A stretch of DNA of 64,000 nt, taken from Paramoeba atlantica (Eukaryota > Protista > Discosea). This document shows positions 1-10,847 of the stretch, piece after piece. Location: contig CDRNVI010000044.1 of NCBI GenBank assembly GCA_977017575.1, forward strand, positions 926,759-990,758, given 5' to 3'. The translations under genes and the position numbers were made by a program. Under the pieces are notes generated by a model. It saw only the letters and a program-made list of their open reading frames with translations, was not told where the DNA came from and ran no database searches. The stretch's first letter is position 1; every line of letters starts with the position of its first letter.

Positions 1-2599
1 ATGCCCGTATCGTTTCTTCTTCGTTTGATTCACTCTCTTTTTGCTCTTCTTCAGAACCTTGTTCTTGCATCGGTGTATTGCTTTGTACATTCAACTCTGA
101 ATTCGTCGGCGTTGCATTGCTGTTTGCCTTCTCCGGCACAACGGCTTGCTTATCGGGGGGAGTGGGAAGATTCACAGCGCCGGGGCGTGCGGTGTGATGA
201 AAACGTGAGTTCCTATTGTATCGGTACCCTCTGGAGTAGTTCGGGTATCGATGGGTGGCGTATCCGTGATCCAACACGTTAAAGGGTTGATTTTCGAACA
301 TGGGGCCGGGAACCGAGGGGGGAAATGGTACTGATTGTCCCGAGGGGTAGGGGAAGGGTGTTCCATAATACACGGGGTTTGGGGTCATGTTGTGAAGAAC
401 CGGGTTGTGTGGGTCTCTGACATGTGCAGGGGGAAGCGGGTAGTTCGTGGCCCACGCAGGTCCATGGGGGTAAGTTTCATCTTGAGTTCCATAATAAATG
501 AATGGGGGAACTCCTGGGGTCACGGGTGGTTTGAACTCACCAGCGGGATGCCGTGGCGTCCAAGCGAAGCTGTTCAAATTGACTGCAGGCATGGTCCCCG
601 AATAGGAATTAAGAAAATTCTCCACAGGCAGAGCACGAGGAGGGTGAAGGTGCTTTGATTGGATGTTCCAAGGAGGTTCAAACATGGGCTGTGGAGGGGA
701 ATGAAGCCAGGTAGATGTGTCGCGCAAATTGGGCATAAAACTATGAGAATGTGCCGACAGAGGAGCCTGCATGGCGTGACTACTGTCTGTATTGATATTC
801 TTGTTTGTGGTTCGTGTAACAGGCGTTCTTGCCGCAATTCCCAATCTTGGCGCTTCACTGTTAGATACATCATGATCTCGAATGTTATAACCTATGCGCA
901 CGTCAGAAGGTGAATCAAGTGCGGGCGGATATCTCTGCGAGTTTTCACTTCCGAGATAGTTATTACCCTCCTCACAAATTATCGAGTTTTTGTCCAAAGG
1001 AGATGGTCCAATCATCGGTGGGGATGGACATAATATAGATGCGGGCACCTCTAAATCATCATTTGCTTCTGTACTTTTCGATCGGCTGTTTCGCACTCCT
1101 CGAATATCACAGGAATGAACCGATGCTTCGCGTAAACTCAGCAATTTCTGGCTGAAAATACAAGCATAAGCTGTGCACTTGAAAAACTTTAAAATGGGGC
1201 TTGAACAAATCTTCTGGGGCGTGCCGTTCGATACGCAGGGTGCAATGTTTCTATTATAAATATCGGTCCTTTCTTCATATACAGTGTCTCGCTGGACGAC
1301 AGGATTAAGCTGAACTGTAGCAACTTTTGAAAGTAATGATATTTTCTCGTCGGTATGCACTACATATTCCTGAAGAATTAGATCCAATACATGGGCCGCT
1401 CTTGATATCGCTTCCTGAATCCGGAGTGCGTGGCTCTTGTGGATGCCTCTTGCGAGATTACTTTCGGGTCGTAGAGGATCGGCAATATTTATCGGTCTTG
1501 AGTCAACTATTTCGAAGGAATAGTCAGGATTCGTACCGTCCGGGGCGACGTCTCTTTCGGCAACGTACGCTTCTAGAGGCGGCGCTGTTCCCGTGATACT
1601 TGGTAATTTTTCTGTGGTACTTGAATCTTCTTTGGAATTCTCTGGCAGCGAGTCCAACTCACGTGATGGAGAATTCGCTTCGTACGAGCACTGATGTGAT
1701 GACGAATTTATTGATGCCGGCTGAGTAGACGACAGCAACGGTATATTTTCGTCCAAGAAAGATGCGTAATGGCTCATAAAACTTAGAACATCGTTTCGAC
1801 TTATGATCTTTTTTTGAAATGCAGTTCCTAGGGTCTCTTGTTTTTCCGCCGAGGATTCTGCTGATTTTGAAATGCTACCGTACACTGTAACAATATGCGT
1901 AAGCAGCGAAAACTCCCTGAAGAAGGCAAAAAAATGAGATAGCAACTCCAGAGGTGTAAGCGTACGCAAGGGCACATGTTGAGATAAGGAGTTCAGAACG
2001 CAAAAAAGCATAACTGTTATGGCGTACGTGCCCAATAATCCGCCATTTGCCCCCAAAACTCTTGTCTCGTGATACGCCCAAGCTTTGATCAAAAGAATGC
2101 TGTGTTTGACTAAATTCGAAGGAAAAAGATCAATTTCTGTAACGTGATGCACCAACCTCGCGGTGACAATGCCGAAAACTTGATTAAAGGTGACGTCAAT
2201 ACAGATTTCGTTAATGTAACACTTCAGCAGTTTGACCTCAGCCTGGACGAATTCTACGGGTATCTGGGCTTCCTCAAGTGTACTGTACAAACTATGCATC
2301 AGTGCAACTACGTTCCTTGAAGGAGAACGAACTGTAATATCTACGTCGCCGTCGGGAAGATACGTACCATGATAAAATGATCCGAACAAGTGCACGCTCA
2401 CTTTCGATTTCTCAATACCAAGACGAACCGCACAGCGCTCAATACAATTTTCGATGAAGCTTAGAGCGGTCTTTCGCTTTTCTGTAGATGGAGCAGTGGG
2501 CTGCAAAAAGTTTTCAACAAAGCACGTGAGCTCATCGGAGGCCTCACCCCGAAATAAGGTGAAAAACGTTTGGCGGTCGCATAAAAGTTTGTTCCACAT
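1..2599 (-). CDS. Non-canonical poly(A) polymerase / TUTase (Trf4/PAPD-like, Pol-beta nucleotidyltransferase); 3' end runs off the window
   Basis: Manual translation (codons start at positions = 1 mod 3; ATG at 2599 after in-frame TAA at 2641-2639): VHLFGSFYHGTYLPDGDVDITV (GS + DxD), ICIDVTFNQ (third Asp), INIADPLRPESNLARG (PAP-associated motif), then a Pro-rich and acidic tail to base 1. I read about 1-1500 and 2130-2640 codon by codon; about 1500-2130 was not fully checked. Absent from the ORF track because there is no stop in the window. Confidence 0.85.
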   Translation of the reverse strand, partial: MWNKLLCDRQTFFTLFRGEASDELTCFVENFLQPTAPSTEKRKTALSFIENCIERCAVRLGIEKSKVSVHLFGSFYHGTYLPDGDVDITVRSPSRNVVALMHSLYSTLEEAQIPVEFVQAEVKLLKCYINEICIDVTFNQVFGIVTARLVHHVTEIDLFPSNLVKHSILLIKAWAYHETRVLGANGGLLGTYAITVMLFCVLNSLSQHVPLRTLTPLELLSHFFAFFREFSLLTHIVTVYGSISKSAESSAEKQETLGTAFQKKIISRNDVLSFMSHYASFLDENIPLLSSTQPASINSSSHQCSYEANSPSRELDSLPENSKEDSSTTEKLPSITGTAPPLEAYVAERDVAPDGTNPDYSFEIVDSRPINIADPLRPESNLARGIHKSHALRIQEAISRAAHVLDLILQEYVVHTDEKISLLSKVATVQLNPVVQRDTVYEERTDIYNRNIAPCVSNGTPQKICSSPILKFFKCTAYACIFSQKLLSLREASVHSCDIRGVRNSRSKSTEANDDLEVPASILCPSPPMIGPSPLDKNSIICEEGNNYLGSENSQRYPPALDSPSDVRIGYNIRDHDVSNSEAPRLGIAARTPVTRTTNKNINTDSSHAMQAPLSAHSHSFMPNLRDTSTWLHSPPQPMFEPPWNIQSKHLHPPRALPVENFLNSYSGTMPAVNLNSFAWTPRHPAGEFKPPVTPGVPPFIYYGTQDETYPHGPAWATNYPLPPAHVRDPHNPVLHNMTPNPVYYGTPFPYPSGQSVPFPPSVPGPMFENQPFNVLDHGYATHRYPNYSRGYRYNRNSRFHHTARPGAVNLPTPPDKQAVVPEKANSNATPTNSELNVQSNTPMQEQGSEEEQKESESNEEETIRA

Positions 2600-2972
2600 T
2601 GCACGGATCTTAAAACGAAGGCATAGGGTTGTGTTGGATTATGAGTAGAAATCGGATGTACATGTAACTGTATGTTCGTGGAAAGTACATCCATTTTAGA
2701 CATGCATACATAAACATGAATTTAATGCGCGTTATACATGTATGCATGTAATATATTTACTATCCCCCCGATTCAATGGGGTTCCGAATTTGTGCAATAT
2801 TACACGCACACTATTGGCCTATATTGCAATTGCATGACTTTAAAAAGGCGAGCTTATTATAGTCTATAACAGTAGACTTATGGATGAAAACGGCCGGCTT
2901 AGAAAGGCTTGATACAGTCCGCGTTGTTGTCCAAAATATCTGTTACTGTACCTTATAGCCCGCTGCAAAACT

Positions 2973-3917
2973 TTAAGCAGACCAGAAAAGCTTTTGTTTC
3001 ATTTGTTTCCGCAACTGCACTGCATCCATACCATCCCGCCCGTGGCGACAACCCGTGCTATCCATGACGGCTACTACAATGGGAGGAAATGCATTGGCGC
3101 GCACAATCCCATCGGTCAAACGAAATTCCATCACAGAATACTCCAGCACTTTTTCTGGCTTCTGCTTTCCGTCCAAGTATTCCAACCCCTTTACGCAGTA
3201 CGTAATTTGTAGCCAATCTTCCTGAGGTAAACAACCATAAAACGAAGCAATCGGTGTGAATTCAATAACTTCAAGTGAGTATACATCAGAGGATATGTGG
3301 CTTGAGGCACCATTTTGCAGATCTTTGCTTTTCGACGACAAGTAGTTTCCAGGTACTTTATCTGTCATTGCCATGTGACGCCATTTTGACCCCATTTTTA
3401 CTTTCCGCAGTTCGGCGCTTCGCGTCTCTCTCAGACGCATGGCCTCCCCGGGTGTGGTAAACTGTCCCAAATTCATTAATTCCGCATCGTTTCGAGAGTG
3501 GCTGAGACGTTTGTATTGAAGATAACGATCTAATATGACCGTTTTGGTCAAATCCGGCCGACGGTCACGAAGACGTCGTAAAGACATCCACAAAGAAGCC
3601 CTGGCTTTTAAGCTCTGCCAAGAACCCCAACCCAGTGGTGCGATTGAGGTCTCCATGACGCAGTCTAGGGAGGTGTATGATTGAGTCGCAGCAGCCTTTT
3701 CGGAATCGAAATCGTAGGTCGTGGGGAAAATTTGATTTTGTTGTTCTGCATTTCGCAAACGACTATTTATGTTCCCATGTCGAATTGAGCTCAAGATCAC
3801 AGCGTCTTTGAGGTGCAAAATGCTTCCAAAGTTGTCAACTCTAAAGGCGGAAAGTTGATTTGTGATCAAACGTTTCATTATTTTTTCACAAGCTAAGAAA
3901 TGATATTGAGAAAGCAA
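2973..3917 (-). CDS. Hypothetical mitochondrial protein, possibly Tim44-like/mL45 (Mba1) family
   Basis: 314-aa ORF on the cluster strand; C-terminal WLQITY...VLEYSVMEFRL segment resembles the Tim44-like fold. The family call is pattern-based only. Confidence 0.45.
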   Translation of the reverse strand: MLSQYHFLACEKIMKRLITNQLSAFRVDNFGSILHLKDAVILSSIRHGNINSRLRNAEQQNQIFPTTYDFDSEKAAATQSYTSLDCVMETSIAPLGWGSWQSLKARASLWMSLRRLRDRRPDLTKTVILDRYLQYKRLSHSRNDAELMNLGQFTTPGEAMRLRETRSAELRKVKMGSKWRHMAMTDKVPGNYLSSKSKDLQNGASSHISSDVYSLEVIEFTPIASFYGCLPQEDWLQITYCVKGLEYLDGKQKPEKVLEYSVMEFRLTDGIVRANAFPPIVVAVMDSTGCRHGRDGMDAVQLRKQMKQKLFWSA

Positions 3918-4158
3918 GTTATCCTTGGTACAGTGTGAAATTGTTCAATAATATTGAATATTAAAGGCCTTTGAAGTATGCCATTGTACGTTGTTTACGG
4001 GTCATTTCAAGTAAACGATACAGCATTTCTAATACGAATGGCAAGTATTTTTCATCTGAAGAATAGTGTTTCCGAAAAACAGACGCGGCTATTCTTATAT
4101 TTCTAGTATGAGCTACTATTCACACTTCACGTCTTAATGATATGATCTGTATTATTTT

Positions 4159-7100
4159 TTAACAGTTCAGCTCACGAATTTCGTTGTATTTAGAAGAGGT
4201 AGTTTCTTTCAGGCATGCATGAGCAGAGTGAATGAGTTTTAACGCACTGCGTTTTGTGAGATATTTAACTGCATTTGCTGAGCCATCTTTTCCTTTGAAA
4301 AGATTTGCGCTTGTTTCCTTTAATCGTTGAAGAAGTTTTTCTGGATCTGACTGTGCAAGTTGTTTTATGGTGCGGTATCCTGCCTGCCAAAGTAGCCGTG
4401 CGCGAGTCGCTTGTACTCCTTTGATAGCCATAAGTGGTAAAACATCCGGACGTACACCGTATCCAAGCCGCTTCACATATCCGGACAGAACAGACTCCAA
4501 GGCATACCATCCCATCGCTTGAGCAAAAGCGGTCATGCAAGTGCTGAAAAAAGATGCTGACTTCATCAGGTTTTGTATTTGGCCTGGTAGAATATTGTAG
4601 CGTTCCGCCACAGTATCTACCGGAACCTCGCGCAATAAATCGAAAAGTATGAGAGCACTCCAAAAGCGCCTGGTTGCGAAATGAGCACGTCGGGATGTGT
4701 GTGGACTTTTCCTATTTCCTTCTGTAGGGTTCTGAAGCGAATTATCTTCAACAACGTTCAAGCATATGCCTGAAGCCCGGAGTTGAATGAAATGCTCTGA
4801 AACACCAATAGATTCCGCAATGTTCATTTGCAAAGCCGATAAATGGCTTAATCGTCTTTGATACGTCGACCAGTGAGGCTCCAGCATATCGCGAATAGGG
4901 GTTAACATATACACAATGTGAAGATCATCTTCCATGATAAGTCCTTTCCGCTGCACATCTACAATCTCCGAGTGTATGAGTAAAGCATCAGGAATTGGCA
5001 AATTTGATCGAAATACACTTAAGCCAAGAGGTGAGAGTTCGTAGAATTCTGCTGATTTGCAATAAATCGAATTCCGACATTCGGAACGTTTAGTGAAGTA
5101 ATCTGGAGTCCCTGGTGCGCCACGCTCCGTAGAATACTTGTGAGAAAGTGTGCTAGCGTATTCTGTTGTCGTTCGTCCTCCTATCGCGACCTTATGAAAT
5201 AACTTGTTTTCTTCTAATAAGCGTAGCGCTTCTAACGTTTTGCGAGAAATTAGTAATTCATCTTCCTTCCAACACAATAATTGTTTAACGGATTCAAGCA
5301 TTCCATGACTGCTTTTAGCGATTCCGCAACCCACTATTTCTAACAAATAGCGGCTAAGTACGTATTCGAGTTGAATATCATAATTCTCATGTACGGCATC
5401 CCATTGGCATAATGTATTCTGTAACTTTCCTGTATCTGAGCATGATGATATTCCAGGACAACTTCTAATAGCACTGGTGACTGGCTCCGAAATTTCAGCA
5501 ACAAGGCTATGCACTCGATGAGCGTCCTTGGCGCTGTGAACGAGGTAAGACTCACCGTATGGATCCAGACCTGCTCTGCCTGCTCTCCCACACATTTGAA
5601 GGTATTGTGACTTCCGCAAAAAATTCTTTCCGATATACGGGCTGTGGAATACAACCCTTCTAACGGGCAGATTGACGCCCGCGGCAAGTGTAGATGTTGC
5701 ACACAATACGTAGATCCGTTTTGAACGGAAAGCGCTCTCTATAAATGTACGCTCGTCCGCCGTCAGACCTCCGTGATGGTATCCAACTCTAAAAGGGAGT
5801 AAGCGAACAAGTTTGTCGGCAAAGGCACTGTAGTTTTCTTTGGATTCTTGGGGAAGTGATAAGTCAAGCTCTTCATAAATGTTGCTTGCCTCTTTTTTAC
5901 GGCGGTTCCACAATTTCTTTGCTAAAAACGTCGCCATGCTTTCACACGATAACTTTGTAGCGCAAAATACTATGATCGCACTTTCAAGGAACAGTTCCTC
6001 GACCAAAGCAAGAACTTGCTCCCTCTCAGTTAAAGCATTTGATAGCGTAAGAGTTCGTACTGGTAAAGCATCGTTATTCTGAAACGTTGTATCCTCCAAA
6101 GATTTTGTCTCGTTGGTGTCTTCGAACATTTTTTCTTCACTGCCCAAGCTCTCCTGCTTCTGCATCTGAATATCAGCCCTACAATACCCCGCGTTTTTCA
6201 CAATTCCTCCTGAAACAGTGTACGACATTAACTTTACTGGTCTAAACAAATTCTTGTACTTGTGTGCAGAGATCCATGATGATAAATGTTCGAGATTGGG
6301 AACCGTCGCTGACATTCCAACAATCTGCACGTGGGGAGCTCCTGCCAATAATCTAGCTACAAAGCTTTCAAGCACTGCACCCCTTCCGTTACATTCACTT
6401 ACCATGTGAAGCTCATCAATTACTACAATGCCCAACTCATCAATACGATCAAGCTCATACAATGTATTGAGCATTCCGCTTGCTTTTTCTATGGTGCAAA
6501 CAAAAACTGAAGGAGCGGTTGGAGGTGGATAGCGTCCAGCAGCTCCCGCGTAGGCCTCGACCGAGATTGATGTCCCGTTCGCTACTATGGCTTCCTTCGT
6601 AAGTAGCGGATCACTATTAACACCTTTTTCATTATCCACTAAGCTTCTGAAAGATTCTACTCGTTCTTCAACCAGAGATACATAAGGTAGCACATACATT
6701 GCTAGGGAATTCACCTCTGCCACAGAGGTGTTCATTTTCTGCGAAGCACATTCATTGTACAGTTCTTGGGTGTGTGATTTAGCAATCTCGGAATGTCGCG
6801 GGCGAAGTAAGCGACGTAGAATAAGTATTTCACTTACTAACGTTTTACCACCGCTTGTAGGTAAACTGTAAACTAGATTTTTCTCTAGCCTTGTTGCCTC
6901 AAGCGTAAGTACTTCCTTCTGCCAATCATAGAGATTTGCAATACCACGATCTCTAATCCTCTGTTTTATATTTTCGGGCAGATAGGCAAACGGGTCTTGT
7001 GCTTCGTAAGAATTATAAGAATCCCAGGAATTATGACTTTTTAAGGTTCTTGGAAGGAGCGTCAAAGTACTATCACACGATGCAATGTTCTCTGAATCGT

Positions 7101-7299
7101 GTGTAATTGGTGTGTTTCCATCACCTCTGTGAACGTGGGCCTGAAATGCATTTCTAAGAGGATCCCCAACCGTAGTACAGGAGTTTTCAAGTGATTCAAT
7201 AATGTGATTATCAACATGCGAAATCGTCCTCGCACTTGAAATAGTAAGTGTTCGTGTACCGTACCCCGTACGCGCTTTAGCATCTTCTGCGCATTCCAT
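4159..7299 (-). CDS. HELQ: Ski2-like SF2 DNA helicase, HELQ/HEL308 or helicase-only PolQ type
   Basis: NLVYSLPTSGGKT (motif I), VVIDELH (II), VGMSAT (III), VGYHHGGL, TSTLAAGVNLP, QMCGRAGRAG (VI), C-terminal GVQATRARLLWQAGY HhH; no polymerase domain. Confidence 0.85.
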   Translation of the reverse strand: MECAEDAKARTGYGTRTLTISSARTISHVDNHIIESLENSCTTVGDPLRNAFQAHVHRGDGNTPITHDSENIASCDSTLTLLPRTLKSHNSWDSYNSYEAQDPFAYLPENIKQRIRDRGIANLYDWQKEVLTLEATRLEKNLVYSLPTSGGKTLVSEILILRRLLRPRHSEIAKSHTQELYNECASQKMNTSVAEVNSLAMYVLPYVSLVEERVESFRSLVDNEKGVNSDPLLTKEAIVANGTSISVEAYAGAAGRYPPPTAPSVFVCTIEKASGMLNTLYELDRIDELGIVVIDELHMVSECNGRGAVLESFVARLLAGAPHVQIVGMSATVPNLEHLSSWISAHKYKNLFRPVKLMSYTVSGGIVKNAGYCRADIQMQKQESLGSEEKMFEDTNETKSLEDTTFQNNDALPVRTLTLSNALTEREQVLALVEELFLESAIIVFCATKLSCESMATFLAKKLWNRRKKEASNIYEELDLSLPQESKENYSAFADKLVRLLPFRVGYHHGGLTADERTFIESAFRSKRIYVLCATSTLAAGVNLPVRRVVFHSPYIGKNFLRKSQYLQMCGRAGRAGLDPYGESYLVHSAKDAHRVHSLVAEISEPVTSAIRSCPGISSCSDTGKLQNTLCQWDAVHENYDIQLEYVLSRYLLEIVGCGIAKSSHGMLESVKQLLCWKEDELLISRKTLEALRLLEENKLFHKVAIGGRTTTEYASTLSHKYSTERGAPGTPDYFTKRSECRNSIYCKSAEFYELSPLGLSVFRSNLPIPDALLIHSEIVDVQRKGLIMEDDLHIVYMLTPIRDMLEPHWSTYQRRLSHLSALQMNIAESIGVSEHFIQLRASGICLNVVEDNSLQNPTEGNRKSPHTSRRAHFATRRFWSALILFDLLREVPVDTVAERYNILPGQIQNLMKSASFFSTCMTAFAQAMGWYALESVLSGYVKRLGYGVRPDVLPLMAIKGVQATRARLLWQAGYRTIKQLAQSDPEKLLQRLKETSANLFKGKDGSANAVKYLTKRSALKLIHSAHACLKETTSSKYNEIRELNC

Positions 7300-8072
7300 T
7301 TGAAAACAGACGCTCTGCTAACTAGGGACGTTCCGCAATGCACTAAACATTTGACATTTTTCAACTATAGTTGCGTAAGTCACGGCTACATACAATCACA
7401 TTCTAATTTGTTCAATCATATTCTAAGTAAACATTTCTAATCAGTATGAGTTGGTTTACGAACTTAGTAGTAATTTATTCAGTATTTATGAATCCCGATA
7501 CAATTCCAAAAATCTGAATCGGTGATTCGGTTGCATTTAACGAAGAACATGGTTAAAAACCTGCCTAACTTCTGCATAGTGTAGAGTAAAAGTCGCGTCG
7601 ATATTAGAATTTGCTGGTTATGCTGTTGCAAAATTTATTTTAGTATATTGTTTACTTTACTTCTCAAAATCTGCTCTAATTTTTAGTATTTTAATGTTCG
7701 AAGTAACACCTCTCGATCGACCTAATCGTTCTCACGTGAAAGTTTTTTCCAAGCTTAAAATTGACAGCTATTACGAGAACTGAATAGTAAAAGGTATTTT
7801 TTTGAAGTAAATTGCTCTAAAAAATTGTTCCATGTACAAGCATACTAATTCTGCAGCCCAAAGGTTACAAAAATAGACTATATTCTCAGGGTAAACAGTT
7901 ATGTAAAGGTAATGACAATGTGTAGATTTTAATAACAATACACGTGTATCGGTAAATCTATGCAGCCTATAATCATAGGTTAGAGTAAATAATATGTAGA
8001 ATGAAGAGAGCAATTAGCCCAAACGAAACCTTTCTTACCAGGCAATGTCGAAGACTCATAAAGTAGAGCTAT

Positions 8073-10847
8073 CTAAAGTTTTGAACCGTGTCGTTCTACT
8101 GCGTTGCTATTCGCCGAGATTGGGCCATGGACGATTGCGGCCCGAGCAGCAGAGATAATGGCCGCTGGAACGCGAAACGGAGAGCAGGAAACATACGAAA
8201 GGCCAGCACGATGGAAAAAGTCAATGCTCTCGGGATCACCGCCATGTTCGCCGCAGACACCCATTTTCATCTTTGGCTTAACGCTTCGACCTTTGTTGAC
8301 CGCATGTAGAAGAAGAGACCCAATGCCACTCTGGTCAATGCTCATGAACGGATCTCTCTTGTATATTCCAAGTTGTGCATACCGCTTGAGAAAGGCACCA
8401 GAGTCATCACGACTGAACCCGCAGCCCATTTGAGTCAGATCGTTTGTACCAAAGCTAAAAAAATCAGCCTCAGCAGCTATTTCATCTGCTGTTATTGCCG
8501 CACGAGGAACTTCAATCATAGTTCCCACAGTGTATCCAATCGCGTTGCGAGAGGATTCCGAGACTGATCTTAGCACTTCTTGGCACGTCTTCTCGCACTG
8601 TTCGCGAGAAAATGTCAGTTCTTCCTTTTTACCAACCAGTGGAATCATAATTTCCGGATGTACTTCCAAGCCGCATTGCTCTCGAACTTGTACCGCAGCT
8701 TGCATAATTGCTCGAACTTGTGTGTTGTAAATCTCAGGGAAAGTAATGCCTAATCGGACGCCACGATGTCCCAACATCGGATTAAACTCATGTAATTCTC
8801 GAACACGCTTTTGGATAGCGGACGCAGAAATTCCTAGCTTGCGAGCTAATTTTTGCTGTGCCTGGGAGTCATGTGGTAAAAATTCGTGCAAGGGGGGATC
8901 GAGAAGACGGATAGTACAAGGCTGACCTTTCATTGCTTTGAAAATACCTTCGAAATCGCGCTGCTGAAAAGGAAGAATTTTTTCTAAAGCGACCTGACGC
9001 TGTTCAATGCTTTTCGCCAAGATCATCTCACGAACAGCATCGATTCGGTCAGCTTCAAAGAACATGTGCTCCGTGCGACATAGACCAACTCCTTCGGCCC
9101 CGAAGTTGAAGCTCGTGGCTGCGTCAGTCGGAGTATCAGCATTCGCGCGCACACCCAATGATTTGTACTTTTTCGCGTACCCTAGGATTACTTGAAAGTC
9201 TCCGTGAACACCCGCTTTCATTAATTTAGCTTTACCTTCGTACACATCTCCACGGTTTCCATCGATTGTAATCCAGTCTCCTTGCTTCAAAGTTTTGCCT
9301 TTAATGGTCATGAGCCGCTTCGCCTCTTCAATGTGCATTTCGCCGCATCCACTTACGCATGTTTTGCCCATTCCTCGGGCTACGACGGCGGCGTGAGATG
9401 TGACTCCTCCACGAGAGGTTAAAATACCTTCTGCTGCACTCATACCCGCAAGGTCTTCCGGACTGGTCTCTTCACGAACTAAAATCACTTTTTTGTTTTG
9501 GGAAGCCCAGAGCACTGCGTCCTTCGGACTAAATACGATTTGACCGACACGCGCACCAGGTGACGCAGGAAGACCTTTTGTTAACTTGGGTGGAAGCTTC
9601 GCAGTAGTGTCGAGATTCGGATGTAGGAGATGATCCACCTGGCCGGGTTCTATCCGCATCAGGGCCTCTTTCTCAGATATCAGCCCTTCTCGAACCATCT
9701 GCACGGCAATTCGAGTCGCTGCCAACATCGTACGCTTCCCGTTGCGGGTCTGCAAGATGTACAGCTTTCCGCGCTCGATGGTGAATTCCATGTCCTGCAT
9801 GTCACGAAAGTGTTGCTCTAGCTTATTCTTTACATCCACCAATCTCTGGTAGTTTTCCGGCATACTCTCTTCCATGGAGGGAAAATCACGCTCCCGACGT
9901 GACTCCGGGATACTGCGCTCACTTGCCCAACGTTGCGATACCTCCCGACGCATCTGTTGCGGGGTACGAATCCCAGCGACAACATCCTCCCCCTGGGCGT
10001 TGATTAAATATTCCCCATAGAACCCGGGATCCCCGTTCGCGGGGTTTCGACTGAAACACACCCCCGTGGCGGAATCTGTCGACATGTTACCAAACACCAT
10101 GGCTTGGATGTTCACTCCGGTGCCAATGAGACTGGAGACGTTAAACATGCGACGATAGACAACAGCTCGCTCGTTGTTCCAGCTTCGGAACACAGCACCG
10201 ATCGATGCGAATAATTGTTCCATCGGGTCCTGGGGGAAGCTCTCCCCGGCTTCGCGCTCGTAAATTCCTTTAAACGTCTGAACCAGCGACTTCAGTGCCT
10301 CCGCACTCAAGTCACAGTCCTGACGCGCACCGTGCTTCTCCTTTGCCTTATGCAATGCATCCTCAAAGGCGGCCCGTTTAATACCCTTCACCACGTCGGC
10401 GTACATGACGATAAATCGACGAAAGCTGTCATACACGAAATGCTCGTTTTTTGTCGCTTTCGCAAAGCCAATCACATTCGCGTCATTTAGCCCAAGATTG
10501 AGTACAGTATCCATCATGCCGGGCATACTTGCAGCAGCACCCGAGCGCACAGATACCAGAAGGGGAAGTTCTGCTCCTCCAAATTTACGCCCTAGTTCAT
10601 TCTCCATTCGACGTACCGCATCGACGATTTCTTTTCGGATAGCATCGGTGAGTTTTCCTTGAGTTTGTTCATGAACTTTGCAAGTTTCGGTGGTGATTGT
10701 AAAGCCGGAGGGAACCGGAATGCCCATGTTAACCATCTCTTGTAAGTTCGCCCCTTTACCCCCGAGGAGGTGTTTCATGCTTTTGTCACCCTCGGCTTTG
10801 CCATTACCGAAATAGTACACGTGCTTTTTGCTGGAAAAGTCGGACAT
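8073..10847 (-). CDS. PPDK: Pyruvate phosphate dikinase with C-terminal PTS1 (-SKL), probably glycosomal/peroxisomal
   Basis: LLGGKGANL, LLVSVRSGA..SMPGMMDT, ILTSRGGVTSHAAVVARG (phospho-His), GVGLCRTEHMF, FFSFGTNDLTQ, GVCGEHGG; ends HGSKL*. Confidence 0.97.
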   Translation of the reverse strand: MSDFSSKKHVYYFGNGKAEGDKSMKHLLGGKGANLQEMVNMGIPVPSGFTITTETCKVHEQTQGKLTDAIRKEIVDAVRRMENELGRKFGGAELPLLVSVRSGAAASMPGMMDTVLNLGLNDANVIGFAKATKNEHFVYDSFRRFIVMYADVVKGIKRAAFEDALHKAKEKHGARQDCDLSAEALKSLVQTFKGIYEREAGESFPQDPMEQLFASIGAVFRSWNNERAVVYRRMFNVSSLIGTGVNIQAMVFGNMSTDSATGVCFSRNPANGDPGFYGEYLINAQGEDVVAGIRTPQQMRREVSQRWASERSIPESRRERDFPSMEESMPENYQRLVDVKNKLEQHFRDMQDMEFTIERGKLYILQTRNGKRTMLAATRIAVQMVREGLISEKEALMRIEPGQVDHLLHPNLDTTAKLPPKLTKGLPASPGARVGQIVFSPKDAVLWASQNKKVILVREETSPEDLAGMSAAEGILTSRGGVTSHAAVVARGMGKTCVSGCGEMHIEEAKRLMTIKGKTLKQGDWITIDGNRGDVYEGKAKLMKAGVHGDFQVILGYAKKYKSLGVRANADTPTDAATSFNFGAEGVGLCRTEHMFFEADRIDAVREMILAKSIEQRQVALEKILPFQQRDFEGIFKAMKGQPCTIRLLDPPLHEFLPHDSQAQQKLARKLGISASAIQKRVRELHEFNPMLGHRGVRLGITFPEIYNTQVRAIMQAAVQVREQCGLEVHPEIMIPLVGKKEELTFSREQCEKTCQEVLRSVSESSRNAIGYTVGTMIEVPRAAITADEIAAEADFFSFGTNDLTQMGCGFSRDDSGAFLKRYAQLGIYKRDPFMSIDQSGIGSLLLHAVNKGRSVKPKMKMGVCGEHGGDPESIDFFHRAGLSYVSCSPFRVPAAIISAARAAIVHGPISANSNAVERHGSKL

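Noticed and set aside
2700-2749. 12-bp inverted repeat ACATGCATACAT / ATGTATGCATGT
   Set aside because: Low-complexity AT/CA alternation, plausibly chance.
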